Part shown: positions 56,589 to 64,000 of the stretch, in pieces | Layout of the letters: every line of letters starts with the position of its first letter | Position numbering within the stretch: the first letter of the stretch is position 1 | Sequence record: NC_041975.1 | Length of the DNA stretch: 64,000 nucleotides | Direction: 5' to 3' (one strand) | Made by a program: the position numbers and the translations under genes | The notes under the pieces: model-generated | The model's database searches: none | Told to the model about the DNA's origin: nothing | What the model saw: the letters and a program-made list of their open reading frames with translations, nothing else

Positions 56589-57755
56589 ATGTTACCATTA
56601 GTTACGGGGGCGATTACACTGGCCAGTTCGCTTGCGCTTGTCGCCGAACGTATTCTGGCAGCCAAGAAAGCTGCTGGTGAAGTCGCTGGTACTGTTGACA
56701 ATACGTTGGCCACGTTAGGCCAGATGGGCACACGTGATTTGGTAACCTTTACCAAAGTGACCCGCATGGAACCTCTGGTGTTGTTAGATGATCGTTTGAA
56801 GTTTGATCCTTCGACCCCGGAGATCCTGCAAGTACTGACCAGTTTGATTGCCGGCTACTATACCCAGGCGTTTGCCCTGCTGGGCCAGGTCGACGGTATT
56901 GACGTCATTGGCACCCTGGATAAGCTGAACCCGTCACGTACTGGTATTGGCCTGAACAACTTTGAAGGTGATCTTGAGAAAGACGGCCTCCATAAATTTA
57001 GTAACCAGTCAAATACCCCTCTCTATAGTATCGGGCTGGAAGCACTGACTGAAGTGCAGAGCGCCGAGAACAAGCCGGTTAAAATCCAGACCGATAAAAA
57101 TGTCGTGGCTGATATTTCGGCACCGACTAACCTGGCGCTGGGTAAGATGATCAAGGTGACCTTGTCAGCTAATGGCAACACCATTGAGATCCCAATCACC
57201 ATCCGTGTGAAACCTGTCACCACCGGTAGCGATGCCGTTACGGCGATTCTGGCTATTGGTACCACGAAGAACACCGTGGCTGAGCGCTGGAACCGTTTCA
57301 AAGCTGGTGAGCTGACCTTCACTAACCTGGCTACTGGTGATGACGTGATTCGTCAACACAAGAAGATCCTGGTGCAGGACACCTCTGGCTTCTATGCCGA
57401 GATCACCCGTCGTGCCCGTGGTAATGCGAAGAAAGGTGCCCTGTCCGGTAACCTGTCGCTGGCTACGGATTCTAACGTGGTAATGATCTCTTCAGCCACG
57501 GCGCTGGATGTGGGTCGCGAGCTCGGTGGTGAACTGTCCAACTTCCGTATCCGTGAAGCGATGTTTGCCAAGGTGTACTCTAACATGCTGATCATCGTGG
57601 ATGACCTGCGTGGCATGGTCTCCTTCTACTACCGCGGTGAGTCATTACCAAACGTGCTGTCGCTGCAGGATATCAAACTGTATAACAAAGGCAGCGGTCC
57701 AGACATCATGTCGATCTTCAGTGCGTTTGCTGAAAACAAAATCCCTTCCCTTTAA
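56589..57755 (+). CDS. Inner-body/head protein (phiKZ gp89-like)
   Basis: 388 aa with RMEPLVL.D and GLEA processing site; divergent start of the head cluster. Confidence 0.7.
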   Translation: MLPLVTGAITLASSLALVAERILAAKKAAGEVAGTVDNTLATLGQMGTRDLVTFTKVTRMEPLVLLDDRLKFDPSTPEILQVLTSLIAGYYTQAFALLGQVDGIDVIGTLDKLNPSRTGIGLNNFEGDLEKDGLHKFSNQSNTPLYSIGLEALTEVQSAENKPVKIQTDKNVVADISAPTNLALGKMIKVTLSANGNTIEIPITIRVKPVTTGSDAVTAILAIGTTKNTVAERWNRFKAGELTFTNLATGDDVIRQHKKILVQDTSGFYAEITRRARGNAKKGALSGNLSLATDSNVVMISSATALDVGRELGGELSNFRIREAMFAKVYSNMLIIVDDLRGMVSFYYRGESLPNVLSLQDIKLYNKGSGPDIMSIFSAFAENKIPSL

Positions 57756-57767
57756 GGATCTCGTTCG

Positions 57768-58661
57768 ATGAACATTTTTAACTACGTCAAAGGCCTGATT
57801 GGTACGGTTGACAAACGCGATGTCCTAAGCGAGATCGATGCCCTGCGTGATGAGCTCACCCGGTTCACCATTAACAACTATGCGAAAGCCATGGATGTTA
57901 ATGTCAACACCGACGGCAGTAATTACTACGTAAAACAGATCAGCCGTGAATTCGCGAAAGTGAAACAGGTTGAAGGTTTACGTGGTCAGAACCTGATCGC
58001 TCAGACGTACATCTCCTTAAAGCAGCTGACCCTGACCCTAGAGTGGATGCGCAAACAGGTTGAGCGTGAGTACGGCGGTCGTATCGCCCGTGAAGCCGTT
58101 GACTTTAAACAAGCCAACTTCCTGCGCTATATCGACTCGATCGACTTCTACCTGCGTTACGCTCGCTCCATGCTGCTCGTGGTGACGTCCCTGAATGCTA
58201 ACCCATCAGCGGATATCACCAAAGGCTTCACGGTGCACGAGATCCGTTTCCTGACCGATACTGCTGTGCACTTCATCTACCTGACCTCGCTGTTCTCGCA
58301 GCCGGTGAGCGTGACTGAGAAAGTGTTCGATGCGGTGCCATCGGTTGTGGTCTCCGATGCCGATCAGCAAGCGATCGAAGCGGTACTGGGTAATAAGACC
58401 GATGTGGCGAGGTCTAACTTCATCCCACTGGGTTACAACCCGTTCTTCCTGATTGGTCGTCTGCGTGCTGAACGTCGTGTGAAACGCCTGCGGGCAGCTG
58501 AAGCGGCAGCGATTGCCACTGAGCTGACCTTGAGCAAGCTCATGGACAAACAAGCAGGCGGGACAGAAGACCCCACCATTCAGAAACAAATTGATCATTA
58601 TCAGAATCAGTTGAACCGACTGAACTTTGAGATCGATCAGATCAAATCCGAAGTCGAGTAA
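57768..58661 (+). CDS. Inner-body/head protein (phiKZ gp90-like)
   Basis: 297 aa with NPFFLIG and C-terminal DPTIQKQI.HYQ; synteny. Confidence 0.65.
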   Translation: MNIFNYVKGLIGTVDKRDVLSEIDALRDELTRFTINNYAKAMDVNVNTDGSNYYVKQISREFAKVKQVEGLRGQNLIAQTYISLKQLTLTLEWMRKQVEREYGGRIAREAVDFKQANFLRYIDSIDFYLRYARSMLLVVTSLNANPSADITKGFTVHEIRFLTDTAVHFIYLTSLFSQPVSVTEKVFDAVPSVVVSDADQQAIEAVLGNKTDVARSNFIPLGYNPFFLIGRLRAERRVKRLRAAEAAAIATELTLSKLMDKQAGGTEDPTIQKQIDHYQNQLNRLNFEIDQIKSEVE

Positions 58662-58671
58662 GGAGTCCGTC

Positions 58672-59211
58672 ATGGCAGATCGTGTTAGTACTGGTGCAGA
58701 GATTATCTACGGCACCGGCTTTACCTCCCATGGCGGCCCAGGACAGCAAGGTGTAAAGATCAACGTCGACAACAACGTCATTGATCTTTACCAGCGTTTG
58801 GCAGGCAACATCACGCTCGCCGGTAACTTTAACTTCCGAAAAGAAGTGTGTGTTACTGCTGCACGTCTGTTACTGCCATTGCCAAACTGGCTCCTGGCCA
58901 CCCGTAGCAATTACCTGCACTCCAAACACGCGCTGTTGTTCGCCCGTGACCTGGGGTTGATTGCGATGGGTAAGAGTCCGGACATGAGTGTGATGACGCG
59001 CATGCGTCTGTTTTCACCCAGTTCTGTGAAGTCCAACCCGGGTGAGCTGAATGCGTCGAATTACGATGCACTCTCGTTGATCCCTAATAAGTTCATTGAT
59101 GAGCTGCGTACCTATTCCAATGGTGCACAGCTGGCTAACCTGACCCGCGACGCACAGCATGTGAAAGACCTGGTCACGTCATTATATGTCATGTTTGGTT
59201 CTGTTGAATAA
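58672..59211 (+). CDS. Probable virion protein
   Basis: AAGGAG SD before MADRVS. Confidence 0.65.
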   Translation: MADRVSTGAEIIYGTGFTSHGGPGQQGVKINVDNNVIDLYQRLAGNITLAGNFNFRKEVCVTAARLLLPLPNWLLATRSNYLHSKHALLFARDLGLIAMGKSPDMSVMTRMRLFSPSSVKSNPGELNASNYDALSLIPNKFIDELRTYSNGAQLANLTRDAQHVKDLVTSLYVMFGSVE

Positions 59212-59248
59212 CAGGCCTCAAAATCGGAATGTAGAGGATACGTAAAAA

Positions 59249-60838
59249 ATGAGTAAAGCATACCTCCATACCCTGCTGACTGCAGGTAATGAAGCGTTTG
59301 ATGCAGCCGGCGAACCAGTGGGTGTGACTGTGGTTGATGCCCCGATCGAAGTGCCTGTTGTTGCAGACCCAGCAGTTGAGCCAGAAGCCCCAGCGGTAAC
59401 TGACGCGCCGGTGGTTACGCAGGACCCGGTTGAGCCTGATCCAGAACCAGCAGCGGTCGTCGTTGCCATCAACGAAGATGAGAAAGAGCTGGTCATTGCG
59501 TCTACTGAAGCGGCTGCGGCCGAAGTGGTTGTGATCGAATCTGATTGCGCGCTGGAAGAAGTCGAAGACCTGCTGGACGACCAGATCCAGGTTGTGGCGG
59601 AAACTGAAAACATCGTCGCCTCTATGGAATCGTTCGTCGGTTCTGCGATGACCATGCAGGATGCGCAAGCCCTGCAGCAGTGGGTGCATAACGCCACCCG
59701 TGGTCAGTATGACCAAGCTAAAGTTGTCGGCTCTCTGGAAGCGTTCGGTAACGACGTCTCTACCGATGATGCGCTGAACGCTGGCCTGGAAGGGATCGGT
59801 GAGTTCCTGAAAGCTGCCCGTAACAAAGCAGCTGATCTGCGTAAAGTCATGGTTGCGCGCTGGAACGCTTTCTTCAAAGATGTGTTCGTGGGCTTTGATA
59901 AAGTCGCACGTCGTGCTGATGCACTGGGTAAACTGGCGAAAGGTACTTCAGGCGAATCCAACTCCTCTACTATTCAGCTGCCGCTGGATACTGCCTGGCG
60001 TCTGGTGAAAGATGGTAAGGTTTCTCAGAACCTGCCGAAAGATCTGGGTGACCTGGGTAAATTTGCCAAGGCCGTCTTTAAAGACAACCCGGAAGCGCTG
60101 CTGGTTCATCGTAAGAAACTGGTTGACATCGCTGTTCGTCTGTCTACTGCTGACTATGACGACGCGCTGAAGATCGGCAAAGAGCTGGTGAACTTCGAAC
60201 TGCCAAGCGTTGGCGTGTGCAAAACCAAAGTGGTCAACAACTCCAACACGGTTGATGTGTATCGCTCTGATGAGTTCCTGGGTGCGCTGTCTATTTTCTA
60301 TTGCAAACCTGTTGACAAAATCAATGCGCAGTTACCACTGCCGCGTCAGCTGTCGGACAAGTTCAACTCCATCATTGCGATCGATGTGAGCGTGTCTGAA
60401 ACCGGTAAGAAAACACCGAAGCTGGATGTCTCTATTGATACCCTGCAGCCGGCTGAAATCGCCAAAGTGGCTGATGATGTTAACGCTATCCTGGGTGACA
60501 TCCGTCAGTACCGCACCAACTACGGCGAGTGGTATGCGGCCAACAGCGATCTGGATCGTGTGATCGGTATCCTGGCGAACGTACCATGGTCTGGCGATGC
60601 TGGCACCACTACTGTCGACAGCACCACTGATGCCGAGGGTAATACCTCAACCACCGTAAACATCATCGGTCTGAACCGCGACCTGGCGGATGTGATTGAA
60701 GGCATGCATGACATGTATAGCTACCTGTCTGTAAGCCCGATCCGTGTCCTGTCTGCTGAACTGCTGCCAATCCTGAACCGTGCACTGGAAGTGGGTGAAC
60801 GTTCTCTGGCAACCTACAGCGACAACAACCTGGCGTAA
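59249..60838 (+). CDS. phiKZ gp93-family inner head protein 1
   Basis: Acidic P/V/A/E propeptide with several x-x-E sites (AGNEAF, SMESF, SLEAF, AGLEGI). Confidence 0.75.
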   Translation: MSKAYLHTLLTAGNEAFDAAGEPVGVTVVDAPIEVPVVADPAVEPEAPAVTDAPVVTQDPVEPDPEPAAVVVAINEDEKELVIASTEAAAAEVVVIESDCALEEVEDLLDDQIQVVAETENIVASMESFVGSAMTMQDAQALQQWVHNATRGQYDQAKVVGSLEAFGNDVSTDDALNAGLEGIGEFLKAARNKAADLRKVMVARWNAFFKDVFVGFDKVARRADALGKLAKGTSGESNSSTIQLPLDTAWRLVKDGKVSQNLPKDLGDLGKFAKAVFKDNPEALLVHRKKLVDIAVRLSTADYDDALKIGKELVNFELPSVGVCKTKVVNNSNTVDVYRSDEFLGALSIFYCKPVDKINAQLPLPRQLSDKFNSIIAIDVSVSETGKKTPKLDVSIDTLQPAEIAKVADDVNAILGDIRQYRTNYGEWYAANSDLDRVIGILANVPWSGDAGTTTVDSTTDAEGNTSTTVNIIGLNRDLADVIEGMHDMYSYLSVSPIRVLSAELLPILNRALEVGERSLATYSDNNLA

Positions 60839-60856
60839 CCGTCATAAGGCAAAGAG

Positions 60857-62242
60857 ATGTCTTTACATCAAAAGCTCCTCTCTGCCGGGCTGGAGGCGTT
60901 TGACGCGCCTCCGGCTGCTCCGGTAGTAGCGGCAGTAGTACCTGCTCCATTTGATAACAACGCCCCGGTTAGCGAAGACCCGGAACTGCTTCGTGAAGAG
61001 ACCGCTGCCCGTTTAGCGCTCGTGTCGATCATCGAAGCGGAGCGTGACGAAGAAGACTCGCGGTCTGCGGTTTATGAACTGCGTCGTCTGTCTGATGGTT
61101 TGGAAGGGTTGATGGTTGAGATTCAAAACGTCAACAACCCAGAAGAACCGACTGAAGACGAAATGGCGATGTTGAAAGCCACCGCCCAGCAAGTACGTAA
61201 AGAGCTGCTGGAAGATGGTGAGCAAGAACTCGTCATCAATGTCGAAAACGGCATTCTGGTTGGTTCACAGGAAGGTCTGGCTGATGCCCTCAGTAATGTG
61301 GCGAAGAAGATCGGTTTTGCATTAGGTAATGCAGCGAAAGGTTTACTGAGCAAAGGCGAGCAGGCGAAAGCGCCGTTGTCTTATAACCGTAAACTGGCAG
61401 CTGAACTGAAAGCGAAAATCGATAAGCTCGGCACGACTGAATTTGACTTTACCATGCCAGCTGATCTGGTCCGTCAGATTCGTGTGAGCGATACCGGTCC
61501 GGTTGATGCACTCAAAGCAGTAGCAGACTTCCCGGCAGCACTTGATGCCTGGTATCTGACCCCTGCTGATGCAGCAATGAACCTGTTTGAAAAACACGCC
61601 AACATCGTGCAGGCGATTGCCGGTAGCAAGACTCTCGAAGAGTTCAATACGAATTATGCGAAACTGAGCTCACTGGCGCCACCGCTGCCTGCAGGCGCTA
61701 AACGCCTTGATCCGATTAACACGCGGGATTATATCTTCGACGTTAATGAACATCACCCAAGTATGGGTCGTGTGGCTCGCTACTATTATGTTGCGCGTCC
61801 GGATGTGGGTAAAACGCCTGAAGATAAAGCGCTGGATAATGTCATTGCTTTGGCGCAGTATTCGACCGGGATCTATCCGTTCGATAAGATCTCTAAACGT
61901 AAAGCAACTGATGAGCAGGTGAAGTTCAGTGCGGCTGAAGTCAAAGGCTTGCTGGATGACATGCTGAAAGCGTGTGACGTGGTTGATAAGTACCTTTCAC
62001 GTCTTGCAGTCGCCAGCACAATGGATAAGCGCTACAACGCTCTGGTTGATTTACTCAATAGCGACTTGCGTAAACAAGAGTGGTGTTCCACAGAAGTCAA
62101 CCGCATGGCACGCGTTGCGTTGATCTCAATGGATGCGTATTATTCATACGGGTTTGCTTATACCAGTCGTGCTTACGAACTGATGGACGTGATCGTCAAG
62201 TTGGTGAAGAAAGCCGTGTATAAATCTGACCTCAGTAAGTAA
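60857..62242 (+). CDS. gp93-family inner head protein 2
   Basis: LLSAGLEAFD start and GSQEGL site. Confidence 0.7.
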   Translation: MSLHQKLLSAGLEAFDAPPAAPVVAAVVPAPFDNNAPVSEDPELLREETAARLALVSIIEAERDEEDSRSAVYELRRLSDGLEGLMVEIQNVNNPEEPTEDEMAMLKATAQQVRKELLEDGEQELVINVENGILVGSQEGLADALSNVAKKIGFALGNAAKGLLSKGEQAKAPLSYNRKLAAELKAKIDKLGTTEFDFTMPADLVRQIRVSDTGPVDALKAVADFPAALDAWYLTPADAAMNLFEKHANIVQAIAGSKTLEEFNTNYAKLSSLAPPLPAGAKRLDPINTRDYIFDVNEHHPSMGRVARYYYVARPDVGKTPEDKALDNVIALAQYSTGIYPFDKISKRKATDEQVKFSAAEVKGLLDDMLKACDVVDKYLSRLAVASTMDKRYNALVDLLNSDLRKQEWCSTEVNRMARVALISMDAYYSYGFAYTSRAYELMDVIVKLVKKAVYKSDLSK

Positions 62243-62253
62243 ACGGAGAAAAC

Positions 62254-63624
62254 ATGTCCGCGATTAATGACTTTCTATTTACTGCGGGCATGGAGGGGTT
62301 TAACGACCCCTCCTCTATACCGCCCGTTGGTATAGTTGTGCCCTTTTTTGGTGTTGAAGAGTTCGCTGAAGCGGATGCTGAACAATCTGTACGTATGACA
62401 GAGATGAACCAGCAAGCTGAAGCAATTCAACGTCTGCAACAAACGCTGGTCTACATCAACGCTCACCGCCCAACCTTTGACCGTGAGAACGCCGCTGTCG
62501 TGCAGCAAGCGCTGGGTGAAGTACAGGTACTGATGCCTGACATGGAAGACCCGGTCACCATCATGGGGTCGCTGGAGCATTATACCCCGGCTTACACCAA
62601 CCACTTGCTTGCGCACGGTATTGAAGGCATTGGTGATAAGATCCTGAGCGTGGTCAAGAAGATCATCGAACTCTTGAAGAAAGGTTATGCCTTCTTGAGT
62701 AAAGCCATCCAGGCAAAGGGTGTGGTCTTCGGTAAACAGAAGCGCGAACTCGATGAGCTCAATGCATGGTTTAAAGATCAACGCAAAAGCAACGATAAAC
62801 CCGCTACCACCACCGGTAATGAACCTAAGGTTGTTACGGTCACTGCCCCGACCTATCTGTACACCGTCGACAGTAACAAACCGTTAGCGGCGGATCGCTT
62901 AGCAAGCGAAGTGGCGAAGTACAACAAATTCCTGCAGGCCTTCTCGGTTGATTTCATCCGGGCGCATATTACCCTGGGTGATCTCTATATTCGCGCGCTG
63001 GGCACGCTGGATATTGCCAGTACCAGTAACGAAGAGTTGTTCACCAAGATGTTTAAGGGTCAGTTTAAATACCAGGCCTCGGGTGCAACGCTGTACACCA
63101 AACGCAATGGCGAAATGTGCGATATCGAAACAGTCGGGTTGATTGGTGGGATTGGCTTTAAAGCCTCCATCGCGAATATCCTGGTCGCACCGCTTGAGAT
63201 GACCGCAGACGGCTCTAACCAGCGTAAGTTCTTTAAGCAGATGAACGGGCTGTATAACTACAGTTTTGTCTCCAAAATAAAAATGGATGGCAGTACGGTG
63301 GGTAATACCCCAATCTATGCTTGCAGTCTCGCTGACGCTGAGCGGTTGGTGAATCAACTTGATATGCTGACCAACTGGATGATTAACAGTCAGCACGACG
63401 AAGAGATCCGTGACTTTAATAAACGGGTGACTGAGTGTGTGGATAAGCTGGCTGATCGTGCTGGTCGTCTGGGTAATGACCGCCGTGATTTTATCACTAC
63501 TGTGATCAATGCCTTGTCTGGTATCTCCAGTGGTCTGGAAAATGTGTCTCGTGGCATGAATCAGCAAACGAACACATTGATCAACAACTTGCGTGAGTAC
63601 GTTACCAAATCCACGAAAGCGTAA
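62254..63624 (+). CDS. gp93-family inner head protein 3
   Basis: FTAGMEGFND start, GSLEHY and GIEGIG sites. Confidence 0.7.
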   Translation: MSAINDFLFTAGMEGFNDPSSIPPVGIVVPFFGVEEFAEADAEQSVRMTEMNQQAEAIQRLQQTLVYINAHRPTFDRENAAVVQQALGEVQVLMPDMEDPVTIMGSLEHYTPAYTNHLLAHGIEGIGDKILSVVKKIIELLKKGYAFLSKAIQAKGVVFGKQKRELDELNAWFKDQRKSNDKPATTTGNEPKVVTVTAPTYLYTVDSNKPLAADRLASEVAKYNKFLQAFSVDFIRAHITLGDLYIRALGTLDIASTSNEELFTKMFKGQFKYQASGATLYTKRNGEMCDIETVGLIGGIGFKASIANILVAPLEMTADGSNQRKFFKQMNGLYNYSFVSKIKMDGSTVGNTPIYACSLADAERLVNQLDMLTNWMINSQHDEEIRDFNKRVTECVDKLADRAGRLGNDRRDFITTVINALSGISSGLENVSRGMNQQTNTLINNLREYVTKSTKA

Positions 63625-63642
63625 ATTATTATATGTGTTAAT

Positions 63643-63672
63643 GGCCCTGCAGGAAACGCGGGGCCTTATCAC
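63643..63672 (+). terminator. Hairpin between head genes
   Basis: GGCCCTGC-aggaaac-GCGGGGCC-TTATCAC. Confidence 0.5.
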
Positions 63673-63717
63673 AATACGATCGTATTTAATTTCATGAAAT
63701 TAAGGTAGAGACTCACT

Positions 63718-64000
63718 ATGTCTATTCAAGCATTTTTAAACCTCGGCGCCGAGGCTTTCGAAGACGCACCGGTAGTTGAAGAAGCACCGGTTGTGGTTGT
63801 TGCACCAGTGCCAGAAGAAGTGATCGAGCTGATTGCCGAGCGTGATGATTCGAACATCGCCCTGGCCATTGCTCAGGATGCGGCGGCAATGTCTGCTGCC
63901 GAGCGTCAGGTGGAAGAGTTTGCTTCCGCAATCGAGCGCGTTGAAAATGTCCAGGCATCAATGGAACACTTTATCGAAGCGGGCCTGTCACAGAAATCAG
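63718..64000 (+). CDS. gp93-family inner head protein 4, 3'-truncated by the window
   Basis: MSIQAFLNLGAEAFED start with an AAGG SD and ASMEHF site; open to the window end (missing from the ORF track). Confidence 0.75.
   Translation, partial: MSIQAFLNLGAEAFEDAPVVEEAPVVVVAPVPEEVIELIAERDDSNIALAIAQDAAAMSAAERQVEEFASAIERVENVQASMEHFIEAGLSQKS

Noticed and set aside
62899-63672. 257-aa minus-strand ORF and other 60-195 aa antisense ORFs across core genes
   Set aside because: They overlap motif-supported genes on the other strand and show no SD or recognisable features.
1-64000. tRNA, rRNA, integrase, transposase, chimallin or PhuZ genes
   Set aside because: None were recognised in the window. Chimallin would be expected just upstream of base 1 by synteny, so the nucleus-forming lifestyle is inferred rather than seen.

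Overview
The window is a 64 kb segment of a phiKZ-related, nucleus-forming jumbo phage (Chimalliviridae-like). No tRNA, rRNA or CRISPR array was seen. Core genes follow the phiKZ gp55-gp97 order: the C-terminal end of the nvRNAP beta'-N subunit (NADFDGD), an Mre11/SbcD nuclease, an SSB-like protein, the sigma-like nvRNAP subunit, a probable PicA/Imp1 nuclear-import factor, nvRNAP beta-C and beta'-C, an SF2 helicase, vRNAP beta'-C, the exonuclease half of a split family-B DNA polymerase, baseplate proteins and a run of protease-processed head/inner-body proteins. phiKZ gene-number equivalences come from motifs plus synteny and were not checked by search. Accessory islands lie between the core blocks. 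The strongest observations are: (1) an AcrVA2/FinQ-like protein at 3235-4263; (2) a probable programmed -1 frameshift (G GTT TTT TTT, 32705-32715, minus strand) that would fuse a gp26-like chaperone to a start-less gp51-like ORF; (3) an octamer TTATGCCG/CGGCATAA tied to intergenic hairpins and oriented with the upstream transcript; (4) a Tad2-like nucleotide sponge; (5) several tandem paralog families, including a HExxH triplet and a four-gene array; (6) a fixed-spacing 33-bp promoter-like element; (7) an exact 28-bp repeat shared by two unrelated ORFs.
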